A stretch of DNA of 32,588 bases from Dehalococcoidia bacterium (GTDB taxonomy: Bacteria > Chloroflexota > Dehalococcoidia > DSTF01 > JACRBR01): NCBI GenBank assembly GCA_041494685.1, contig JBGQBE010000039.1, positions 1-32,588 of the forward strand, written 5' to 3'. The notes under the pieces were generated by a model. The model had not been told where the DNA came from. It made no database searches and saw only the letters and a program-made list of their open reading frames with translations. Below are positions 18,074 to 26,057 of the stretch, one piece after another (position 1 is the first letter of the stretch; every line of letters starts with the position of its first letter). The position numbers and the translations under genes are program-made.

Positions 18074-18530
18074 GCCCACCGTCGCGATCGATGACACGGA
18101 CCGCCTGCTGCTGAACAACCTGCAGGGCGGCTTCCCCGTCTCGCACCGCCCTTTCGCGGAGGTCGCCGAACGCCTCGGCCTCGACGAAGACGACGTCATC
18201 GCCCGCATCCGGCGCATGGTCGAGAGCGGCGCGCTCAGCCGCTTCGGCACGATCCTCAACGCGCCGCAGCTCGGCGGCGAGCGCACGCTCGCGGCCATGC
18301 ACGTGCCGCCGGCGCGCTTCGAGGAGGTCGCGGCCTTCGTCAACGGGCTCGACACCATCTCGCACAACTACGAGCGCGCGCACCACTTCAACATGTGGTT
18401 CGTCATCTCGTCGGAAGACGAAGCCGACATCCAGCGGACGATCGACGAGATCGAGCGGCACACCGGGCTGAAGGTGATCAACCTGCCGACGCTCGAAGAG
18501 TACTTCGTCGACATCAAGTTCAAGTTCTGA
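18063..18530 (+). CDS. Siroheme decarboxylase subunit alpha (AhbA/NirD/NirG-like, Lrp/AsnC fold)
   Basis: LQGGFPVSHRPFAEVAERLG, TLAAMHVP and ISHNYERAHHFNMWFV. Confidence 0.85.
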   Translation: MRSEPTVAIDDTDRLLLNNLQGGFPVSHRPFAEVAERLGLDEDDVIARIRRMVESGALSRFGTILNAPQLGGERTLAAMHVPPARFEEVAAFVNGLDTISHNYERAHHFNMWFVISSEDEADIQRTIDEIERHTGLKVINLPTLEEYFVDIKFKF

Positions 18531-18541
18531 GGGGCGGTGAC

Positions 18542-19045
18542 ATGGCGGCACTGACGCAGGAAGAGCGCGACGTGCTGGCGGCGATCCAGGACGGCCTGCC
18601 GATCGAGCGCGAGCCGTATCGCGCCGTCGCGGATCGCCTCGGCATGAGCGAGGAGCGCGTCCTCGCCGTCGTCTCGTCGCTGCTCGCCGACCGCAAGATC
18701 AAGCGCATCGGCATGGTGCCGAACCACTACGCGCTCGGCATCACCGCCAACGGCATGTCGGTGTGGGACGTCCCCGACGACCTGGTCGCCGGCGTCGGCC
18801 GCCGCCTGGGCGAGCGCGACGAGGTCACGCACTGCTACAAGCGCCCGCGCCACCCCGGCTGGCCGTACAACCTCTTCGGCATGGTGCACGGCCGCTCGCG
18901 CGACGACGTCGTCGCCTCGGTCGAGCAGATCGCCCGCGACCTCGGCATCGCGCAATACCCCCACGACGTCCTCTTCTCGACGCGGCTGCTCAAGAAGCGC
19001 GGCACACGCGTCCGCGCCGGCGCCCCCGCGCCCGACGACGAGTAG
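18542..19045 (+). CDS. Siroheme decarboxylase subunit beta (AhbB/NirL/NirH-like)
   Basis: IQDGLPIEREPY, NHYALGITANGMSVWDV, VTHCYKRPRHPGWPYNLFGMVHG and LFSTRLLKK. Confidence 0.88.
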   Translation: MAALTQEERDVLAAIQDGLPIEREPYRAVADRLGMSEERVLAVVSSLLADRKIKRIGMVPNHYALGITANGMSVWDVPDDLVAGVGRRLGERDEVTHCYKRPRHPGWPYNLFGMVHGRSRDDVVASVEQIARDLGIAQYPHDVLFSTRLLKKRGTRVRAGAPAPDDE

Positions 19046-19075
19046 CCCTTCTCCCCATCGACTATCATGCCCTCC

Positions 19076-20416
19076 ATGAATGAGTCCGCCGACCCGCAGG
19101 CCGAGGCGCACTACCGGGCGGCGCGGATCGCCGAAGAGGCGACGCGCTGGCAGGACGCCGTCGCCGAGTACGAGGCGTGTCTGTCGCTGGCGGCGCAGGC
19201 GGGCGACGCCGCCCGATACGACGAGGCAGAGGTGCTCACCGCGCTCGGCGGCTGCTACTGGAACCTTGCCGAGGCGCGGACAGCGTGGCGCACGCTCCGT
19301 CGCGCGATCACCCTCTACCAGGAGCGCGGTGACGCGGTCGGCCAGGCCCGCGCGACCGTCGAGCTCCTCCGCATCTGGGGCCCGCCCGACCGGCACCGCG
19401 CGCTCGCCGAGGCGGCGTTGCAGGCCCTCGGCGACGCCGACCCCTATCTCCGCGCCCGTTTGCTGCTCCGGCTCCGCTGGTTCGACGACGATGCCAGCGT
19501 GAAGTTCGACGAGGCCATGTCGATCGCCGAACGCCACGGCTTCGAGGACGTGCTCGCCGCGCGACTTGAGCGCGATGCGTGGGCCGCGACGGACGAGGGG
19601 CGCGTCGACGACGGCATCGAGCTGCGCGAGCGCGCCCACGACGTGTACGCGCGCACGCGGGCGTACGAGGGCGCCGCGCAGGTGCTGCGTGGCTCCGGCT
19701 ACTCGACCGTCGAGCTGGGCATGCTGGACCGCGGATACGAGATCCTGCGACAGACCTTCGAATACGCCTCGGGGGTCAACCTGCGCTTCGCCGCGCAGCT
19801 CGCGCTGCTCGACATGGTCGGCGTCGCCTTCGCCCGCGGCGAGTTCGACCGCTGCGAGGAGCTGCTGGCGCTGGGGCCCGAAGCGTCCGACTTCCGCGCC
19901 GACCTGTACCGGATGTGGATGGCGGAGGCGCGCGGCGATATGGAAGGAGCGCTCCGCCTGATGGTGCAGCCGGAGCGCGGCGGCAACACGCCGACCGCGA
20001 TGGGGCAGATCCACGCCGCCGCCGCGGGCCTGCTGTTCCACGCCGGCAAGGTGGACGCCGCGCGGCAGGCGCTTGCCGCCTGGGCCGACGTCCGGCGCCA
20101 GTACGACGCCCGCGACTACAGCATCGAGTCCCCCGCGCTGCTGGACTGCGCGATCGCCCTGGCCGACGACGCGCTCCTGCGCGCGATCCAGGAGTCGTTC
20201 GAGCGGCAGGATCAGCGTGTCCGCGCGCCGCTCCGCTTCTCCACGCTCCAGGGGCGCGCGACCGCCCCGGTGCGCGGCGCGGTCGCCCTCAAGCTCGGGC
20301 TCGTCGATGACGCTGCGCGCCACTATCGCGACGGCCTGGCGTGGTGCGAACGAGAGCGGTGCGAGCGCGACGCCGCGCTCTGCCGCGCGGGTCTCGGGCG
20401 CATCGCCGCCCGGTAA
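19076..20416 (+). CDS. TPR-like all-helical protein
   Basis: Repeating helical motifs (AVAEYEACLSLA, AEVLTALGGCYWNL, ARRHYRDGLAW-like). ATG 19076 is preceded by TATCAT plus 7 nt. Confidence 0.7.
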   Translation: MNESADPQAEAHYRAARIAEEATRWQDAVAEYEACLSLAAQAGDAARYDEAEVLTALGGCYWNLAEARTAWRTLRRAITLYQERGDAVGQARATVELLRIWGPPDRHRALAEAALQALGDADPYLRARLLLRLRWFDDDASVKFDEAMSIAERHGFEDVLAARLERDAWAATDEGRVDDGIELRERAHDVYARTRAYEGAAQVLRGSGYSTVELGMLDRGYEILRQTFEYASGVNLRFAAQLALLDMVGVAFARGEFDRCEELLALGPEASDFRADLYRMWMAEARGDMEGALRLMVQPERGGNTPTAMGQIHAAAAGLLFHAGKVDAARQALAAWADVRRQYDARDYSIESPALLDCAIALADDALLRAIQESFERQDQRVRAPLRFSTLQGRATAPVRGAVALKLGLVDDAARHYRDGLAWCERERCERDAALCRAGLGRIAAR

Positions 20417-20437
20417 CGCACACGCAGCGGTGATCGA

Positions 20438-20515
20438 AGCGGGGCGAGCCAACTGGCCCGCCCCGCGCCCTCAGCCGTACCGCGCATGCTCCCCCTTTCC
20501 CGTCGTGGGAGAGGG
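20438..20515. terminator. Two GC-rich hairpins between convergent genes
   Basis: GCGGGGCGAGCC-AACT-GGCCCGCCCCGC and CCCTTTCCC-GTCGT-GGGAGAGGG. No U-tract. Confidence 0.4.
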
Positions 20516-20525
20516 TCGGCCGCGC

Positions 20526-21602
20526 CTAGTGCGCGTGCGCTGCGGGGTCCGTCGCGTCCGCGGCGGGCGCCAGCGTGCCGCCCGTCTTCAGCGAGGCGAT
20601 CGCGTCGCCCAGCACCTTGGCCAGGTCGTTGTAATTCAGGCTGTCCTTGTACACCACCGGGATGACCATGCCCCCGTTCGCCAGCGCGATGTTCAGCGAC
20701 TTGCCGTCCGGGCCCATCACGTGAGACAGCGTGTGGCAGTGGAAGATCCACGCCCCCTTGCCCGGCGCGTTCATCTTCACTTCCACGTCGATCGTCTGCC
20801 CCGGCGCGATCCAGACTGTGTTCTCTACCTGCGGCGCATTGCCGCCTTGCTCCTCCGTGCCGTCCCGCGCGATCTCCTTCACGAAGTGCCCGTGGAAGTG
20901 CATCGGGTGGCCTTCCAGCGGGCTGATGTTGATCATCCGCACGCGCAGCAAGTCGCCCTTCGTCACGATCCACGGGTCGATGTTCGGGAACTCCTTGCCG
21001 TTGATCAGGTAGTGCCCGTCGATGTTGTTGAGGAGGACGATGTGCTCCTGGTCGTACTTGCCATCGCCGCCGTCCCGCGGGTCGACGATGAAGGCCCCGC
21101 TCAACCCTTTCGACACCTGCAGCATGTCGTCCATGTGTGCGTGGTACATGAACGTCCCCGGCGTGTTCGGGATCGTGAACTCGTAGACGAACGTCTCGCC
21201 TGGCATGATCGGCGGCATCGTCAGGCCGCCCACGCCGTCCATCGAGTTCGGCACGACCAGCCCGTGCCAGTGCACGGTCGATGCCTCGTCCAGGTCGTTG
21301 CGGTAGTAGATGCGCACCTTGTCGCCCGGCTTGAAACGCAGCGTCGGGCCCGGGATCTGGTTGTTGTACCCCCAAACCTCCTGCGGCGGCTGGTCGTCGC
21401 GGAACTGCCACATGAACTTCGAGCTCGTCAGGTGGACGGTCTTCCAGTCGCCGTCCTCGATCGTCACCACCGCCTCCTTGGGGCCATAGTGCTCGGTCGC
21501 CGCCCGCGCGTGCCCCGAACCGCCCTGGAAGGCGAGCAAGGCGACGATAGCGGCGCCGGCCAGCATCGCTACCCATGAGGCCATGAACCATTTGCGTTGC
21601 AT
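20526..21602 (-). CDS. Secreted two-domain multicopper oxidase (type B, T1 site in domain 2)
   Basis: N-terminal signal/TM. Domain 1 has HWHG and YHAH (no Cys). Domain 2 has HPMHFHGH and HCHTLSH. AAGGAG RBS. Confidence 0.88.
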   Translation of the reverse strand: MQRKWFMASWVAMLAGAAIVALLAFQGGSGHARAATEHYGPKEAVVTIEDGDWKTVHLTSSKFMWQFRDDQPPQEVWGYNNQIPGPTLRFKPGDKVRIYYRNDLDEASTVHWHGLVVPNSMDGVGGLTMPPIMPGETFVYEFTIPNTPGTFMYHAHMDDMLQVSKGLSGAFIVDPRDGGDGKYDQEHIVLLNNIDGHYLINGKEFPNIDPWIVTKGDLLRVRMINISPLEGHPMHFHGHFVKEIARDGTEEQGGNAPQVENTVWIAPGQTIDVEVKMNAPGKGAWIFHCHTLSHVMGPDGKSLNIALANGGMVIPVVYKDSLNYNDLAKVLGDAIASLKTGGTLAPAADATDPAAHAH

Positions 21603-21761
21603 CTGAGGCTCCTTCACCACTGCTTGAACACGTGTCCGCGCACATTTTCACGAGAGACGGTACAGGGAGAAGGGGCCGAAGGTCACGTTGCCGCGAGGAA
21701 CAGCGCCCAAATGATGAAACTGTGAGGCCGGTGAGGATCTGAGCGTCCTGCCGGCGCGAAA

Positions 21762-21790
21762 TTGACAGGCCGTACGGGCAAGACTAGAGT
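21762..21790 (+). promoter_or_regulatory. Sigma70-type promoter for the riboswitch/treT operon
   Basis: TTGACA (21762-21767), 17 nt, TAGAGT (21785-21790). Confidence 0.8.
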
Positions 21791-21814
21791 GGAGAGACTG
21801 GGCGATGCCAAATT

Positions 21815-21956
21815 CGTGCGCGACCGCGCGCGGAGCGGGGGATCCGGTTCCCGGGGCGCGTGAGCGCCACGGGTTGGGGTGGATCCCGCCGAACGGCGGG
21901 TAAGGCCGCTCTCAGGTCTGAATCCGACAGCTAACCCCGCAGGCAGCGCAGAGAGG
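21815..21956 (+). ncRNA. c-di-AMP riboswitch (ydaO/yuaA class)
   Basis: Blocks in consensus order: GAGCGGGGGATCC ... GGGGTGGATCCC-hairpin-GGGTAAGG ... CTGAATCCGACAGCTAACCCCGCAGGC. TGCGC/GCGCA forms the closing stem and CTCTC/GAGAG a pseudoknot pair. It lies between the promoter and the GAGGAGG RBS. Confidence 0.88.
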
Positions 21957-22038
21957 CTCACTCCCGGGTCGGCGTGTCCCGGGCTGCGCCATCGCATGGC
22001 TCTCTTGTCATCGCGCACAGAAGCATGAGGAGGACCGT

Positions 22039-23289
22039 ATGTACGGCACACTCTCGCTTTCGCATCGGGCACTCGACGACCTGACCGGCGTGGCGGGCGA
22101 CGCCGCCATCAAGGAACTCCGCGACCTCGCGCGCCCCATCGAGGGGCTCCGCGTCCTCAACCTCAGCGCCACCGGGTTCGGCACCGGCATCGCCGAACTC
22201 CTCAACTCGTCCGTCCCGCTGCTGGTGGACCTCGGGCTGGACGCGCGGTGGCAGGTCGTACGGGCCTCCGAGGACGCCGCCGCCGTCGGCCGCGCGATGT
22301 ACCAGGCGCTCGGCGGTATCTGCGTCGCCTGGACACAGGACATGACCGACACCTGGTTGCGCTACGCCAGCATGAACGCCGACCTGCTGACGGAGCCGTT
22401 CGACGTCATCATCGTCCACGATCCGCAGCCCCTGGCCATCCGCTCGTTCGTCGAGACCAACACCGACGCGATGTGGGTCATGCACTCCCACCTCGACCTC
22501 TCGTCAGCGCAGGATGACGTCTGGATGCTCCTCCGCGGTCACATCGAGAACTACGATCTGGCGATCTTCGATGCCCCGCAGTTCGTGCGGCAGGACCTCA
22601 ATATCGACACGCGTGTCGTGTTCCCCGCGATCGACCCGAACAGCGCGCGCAACATGCCGCTGCCCGACGACGTCATCCGGCGCGTGCTCACGCAGTACGG
22701 CATCGACCCGACGCGCCCCCTCGTCTGCCAGATCTCGCCCTGCGACGTCGAGAGCGACCTCGTCGGCGCGGTCGATGCCTGGTCCGCCGCCCGCGCGCAG
22801 CGCCCGGATCTCCAGCTCGTGATGGTGCTCACCACCGAGCCCCACAATCCCGCCGGCCGCGCCTGCTACGAAGAGTTGGCGCGCCGCTGCCACAACGAGC
22901 CGGACGCCTTCATCGTCGCGATGGGCCGGGAGCCTGGCAACGTCGAGATCAACGTCTTCCAGCGCGCCGCCTCGGTCGTCATGCAGAAGGGCCTGCGCAA
23001 GGGCTTCGGGCTCGGGATCTCGGACGCCCTCTGGAAAGAGCGCCCCTGTGTCGTGGCGCCCGTCGGCGGCCTCACCGAGCAGGTGCTCGATGGCCGCACT
23101 GGCCTGATCGCGCGTACCTCCGCCGAGTTCACCTCCGCGATCGGGCGCCTGCTCTCCGAAGCTGGCCTGGCGAGAGAACTCGGGGAGAACGGCCGCCGGC
23201 ATGTGGCGGAACGCTTCCTGATCACGCGCTATCTTCGCGACTACCTTCTCATCCTGAACGAACTGCACAGGCCGGCAAAGGCAACATAG
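22039..23289 (+). CDS. TreT-like GT4 glycosyltransferase paralog with degenerate active-site motifs
   Basis: Collinear with the next gene (HDPQP, PAIDP, EINVFQRAA, RFLITRYLRDYL). It has QISPCDVESD where the next gene has QISRFDPWKD, and RKGFGLGISD where it has REGFGLVVSE. Confidence 0.85.
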   Translation: MYGTLSLSHRALDDLTGVAGDAAIKELRDLARPIEGLRVLNLSATGFGTGIAELLNSSVPLLVDLGLDARWQVVRASEDAAAVGRAMYQALGGICVAWTQDMTDTWLRYASMNADLLTEPFDVIIVHDPQPLAIRSFVETNTDAMWVMHSHLDLSSAQDDVWMLLRGHIENYDLAIFDAPQFVRQDLNIDTRVVFPAIDPNSARNMPLPDDVIRRVLTQYGIDPTRPLVCQISPCDVESDLVGAVDAWSAARAQRPDLQLVMVLTTEPHNPAGRACYEELARRCHNEPDAFIVAMGREPGNVEINVFQRAASVVMQKGLRKGFGLGISDALWKERPCVVAPVGGLTEQVLDGRTGLIARTSAEFTSAIGRLLSEAGLARELGENGRRHVAERFLITRYLRDYLLILNELHRPAKAT

Positions 23290-24578
23290 TGCTGGGCTCA
23301 GTCCCGACCACGCCCAAGTCCCTCGAGTCCTATCGTCCGATCATCGGCGACGACCGGACGGAGGAGATCCGCGCGCTCGCGGAGCGGCTGCGCGGGGCAC
23401 GGGTGCTGCACGTGAACGCCACGGCGTTCGGTGGCGGCGTCGCCGAGATCCTCGCGACGATGGTCCCGCTCTTGAACGACGTCGGCCTTGATGCCGACTG
23501 GCAGGTCATCAAGGGCGCCGACGAGTTCTTCAACGTCACCAAGGCCATGCACAACAGCTTGCAGGGCATGTACTACGACTGGACCCCCGCGATGCGGGAC
23601 ACCTGGCTCAACTACAACCGCGTGAACGCGGAGTTCTTCGACGAGGAATACGACTTCGTCGTCATCCACGACCCGCAGCCCGCCGCCATCCCCACGTTCC
23701 TCCAGGAGCGCGACGGCCGCCGTCCCGGCAAGTGGGTCTGGCGCTGCCACATCGATCTCACCGCCGCCCAGGTCCAGGTGTGGGATTTGCTCCGCCCGCA
23801 TATCGAGGGCTACGACGCGGCGATCTTCACATTGCCCGACTATGCGAAGGACGACCTCGCCAGCCCCCGGATCTTCGCCATCCCGCCCGCCATCGACCCC
23901 CTGAGCCCGAAGAACGCCGACCTGCCCCGTTCCACGGTCAACGACATCCTGGCACGCTACGGCGTCGACCCGGCGCGGCCGATGATCACCCAGATCTCGC
24001 GGTTCGACCCGTGGAAGGACCCGCTCGGCGTCATCGACGTCTACCGCGCCGCGAAGCGCGAGTTCCCGGACCTCCAGCTCGTGCTGATCGCCTCGATGGC
24101 CAGCGACGACCCCGAGGGCTGGGACTGGTACGAGCGCACCGTGCGTCGCGCCGGCGAAGATTTCGACATCCACATCCTCTCCAACCTCAATGGCGTCGGA
24201 AACATCGAAGTCAACGCGTTCCAACGGGCGGCGCGCGTCGTACTGCAGAAGTCCATACGAGAGGGGTTCGGTCTCGTAGTGTCGGAGGCCTTATGGAAGG
24301 GACGTCCAGTGGTCGCGGGGAACGTGGGCGGGATCCCGTTGCAGATCGAGGATGGGCGCACGGGGTTTCTGGTGAACTCGGCAGACGAATGCCTGGAAAA
24401 GCTGCTATACCTGCTGCAACACCAGGTCGAAGCAGACCGGATGGGAGCGGCGGGAGTAGAGTTCGTCCGGGACAGGTTCCTGATGACGCGTTATCTGCGG
24501 GACTATCTGGACATGTTTGGTCAGCTCTCGGCAGCCCCGTCCTCAACGTCGGGGCCAGGCCAGCGCGTGCACCGCTAG
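23289..24578 (+). CDS. treT: Trehalose synthase TreT (GT4)
   Basis: NATAFGGGVAEIL, FFNVTKAMHNSLQG, IHDPQP, WRCHID, QISRFDPWKDP and QKSIREGFGLVVSEALWKG. The GTG start overlaps the upstream TAG. Confidence 0.9.
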   Translation: MLGSVPTTPKSLESYRPIIGDDRTEEIRALAERLRGARVLHVNATAFGGGVAEILATMVPLLNDVGLDADWQVIKGADEFFNVTKAMHNSLQGMYYDWTPAMRDTWLNYNRVNAEFFDEEYDFVVIHDPQPAAIPTFLQERDGRRPGKWVWRCHIDLTAAQVQVWDLLRPHIEGYDAAIFTLPDYAKDDLASPRIFAIPPAIDPLSPKNADLPRSTVNDILARYGVDPARPMITQISRFDPWKDPLGVIDVYRAAKREFPDLQLVLIASMASDDPEGWDWYERTVRRAGEDFDIHILSNLNGVGNIEVNAFQRAARVVLQKSIREGFGLVVSEALWKGRPVVAGNVGGIPLQIEDGRTGFLVNSADECLEKLLYLLQHQVEADRMGAAGVEFVRDRFLMTRYLRDYLDMFGQLSAAPSSTSGPGQRVHR

Positions 24579-24592
24579 AACAAGGGATATCG

Positions 24593-25885
24593 ATGAAGCG
24601 CGTCGTGGCACTGGTCCTCGCCGGCGGGCAGGGCGACCGTCTCAGCGTACTCAGCGAAGAGCGCGCCAAGCCCGCCGTCATCTTCGGCGGCCGTTACCGG
24701 ATCATCGACTTCGCCCTCAGCAACATCGTGAACTCCGGCATCTCGCGCGTCGGCGTGCTCACCCAGTACCGCCCCCGCTCGCTCAACGACCACATCGGCA
24801 TCGGCCGCCCGTGGGATCTCGACCGGCAGGGCGGCGGTGTCACGCTGCTCCAGCCCTACCTCGGCCGCGAAAGCTCCGACTGGTACCGCGGCACGGCCGA
24901 CGCCGTCTTCCAGAACATCTACTTCCTCGAGGAGACGCGCGCCGAGATCGTCCTCATCCTCGCGGGCGACCACATCTACAAGATGAACTACGACGAGCTC
25001 ATCTCCTACCACGTCTCCAAGGGCGCCGACGTCACCGTGCCGCTGTACCAGGTGCCGATGGAGCAGGCGCACCGCTTTGGCGTCCTCACCACTGATGCCG
25101 ACAACCGCATCGTCGAGTTTGAGGAGAAGCCCGACCACCCGCGCTCCAACCTCATCTCCATGGGCATCTACGTCTTCAACCGCCAGACCCTCATCGATCA
25201 ACTCGTCGCCGACTCCCAGCGCGACTCCACGCACGACTTCGGCGCCGACGTCATCCCGGCCATGGTTGAAGACCCCGGCATGCGCGCCTTCGGCTACCCC
25301 TTCAACGACTACTGGCGCGACGTCGGTACGATCGAGTCCTACTACGACGGCAACATGGACCTGCTGGAAGACCTGCCGTCCCTCAACATGTATGACCCGG
25401 ACTCCCGCATCCGCTCGCGCGTCACCGGCTTCCCGCCCGCGAAGGTCGGTCACCGCGCCTACATCTCCCGCTCCCTGCTCGACCTCGGCTGCATCATCAA
25501 CGGCCACGTCGAGCACTCGGTGCTGTCGCCCGGCGTCTACGTCGAAGAGGGCGCGGTCGTCCGCGACTCCATCATCTTCGACAACTGCCGCATCGAAGCC
25601 GGCGCGATCGTCGAACGGTCGATCATCGACAAGGACGTGCTCGTGGGCAAGAACGCCTACGTCGGGTACGGTGATGACTGGACGCCGAACCTGGAGCGCC
25701 CCGACATCGTCAACTGCGGCATCACGATCGTCGGCAAGCGCGCGAAGCTCCCGCCGTACACGCGCGTCGGCCGCAACTGCGTCATCGGCCCGAACGTCAC
25801 GGTGACTGCGCCCGGCGACGACGGCTACGTCCCGAGCGGCACGACGATCCGCGGATCAGGCAAGCACTTCCCGCATACGGTATGA
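24593..25885 (+). CDS. glgC: Glucose-1-phosphate adenylyltransferase
   Basis: LAGGQGDRL, RAKPAVIFGGRYRIIDFALSN, WYRGTADAV, GDHIYKMNY, FEEKP, HDFG, YWRDVGT and a C-terminal beta-helix. Confidence 0.95.
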   Translation: MKRVVALVLAGGQGDRLSVLSEERAKPAVIFGGRYRIIDFALSNIVNSGISRVGVLTQYRPRSLNDHIGIGRPWDLDRQGGGVTLLQPYLGRESSDWYRGTADAVFQNIYFLEETRAEIVLILAGDHIYKMNYDELISYHVSKGADVTVPLYQVPMEQAHRFGVLTTDADNRIVEFEEKPDHPRSNLISMGIYVFNRQTLIDQLVADSQRDSTHDFGADVIPAMVEDPGMRAFGYPFNDYWRDVGTIESYYDGNMDLLEDLPSLNMYDPDSRIRSRVTGFPPAKVGHRAYISRSLLDLGCIINGHVEHSVLSPGVYVEEGAVVRDSIIFDNCRIEAGAIVERSIIDKDVLVGKNAYVGYGDDWTPNLERPDIVNCGITIVGKRAKLPPYTRVGRNCVIGPNVTVTAPGDDGYVPSGTTIRGSGKHFPHTV

Positions 25886-25888
25886 CGG

Positions 25889-26044
25889 GACCGAGAACCA
25901 AGAACCTAGAACCTAAGAAGCAGCACCAAGAACCTAGAACCGAGAACCGAGAACCGAGAACCGAGAACCGAGAAGCTGATACTCAGAACCTGAGCGGTGG
26001 TCTGCAGTCCGTCTTAGGTTCCAGGTTCTAAGCTCCTGGTGCTG
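25889..26044. repeat. (GAACCGA)n heptamer array with inverted degenerate copies
   Basis: Five perfect GAACCGA units at 25937-25971, plus GAACCAA/GAACCTA variants from about 25889. Segment 26013-26044 is an imperfect reverse complement of 25921-25951. Confidence 0.85.
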
Positions 26045-26057
26045 GCCCGGAGGGCCG

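Noticed and set aside
18063..19045. Ordinary Lrp/AsnC transcription regulators
   Set aside because: The SHNYER and THCYxRP...WPYNLF motifs and the paired arrangement indicate siroheme decarboxylase subunits.
20485..20495. CATGCTCCCCC identical to the candidate sRNA loop at 29749-29759
   Set aside because: An 11-nt same-strand match in GC-rich DNA is compatible with chance and is not complementary.
20526..21602. Copper nitrite reductase NirK (prompted by the nearby nir-like genes)
   Set aside because: NirK has its T1 Cys in domain 1. Here domain 1 reads YHAH and the Cys is in domain 2.
23732..25885. 717-aa extended GlgC fusion
   Set aside because: The N-terminal extension overlaps treT in another frame. 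The GlgC motifs start at ATG 24593.
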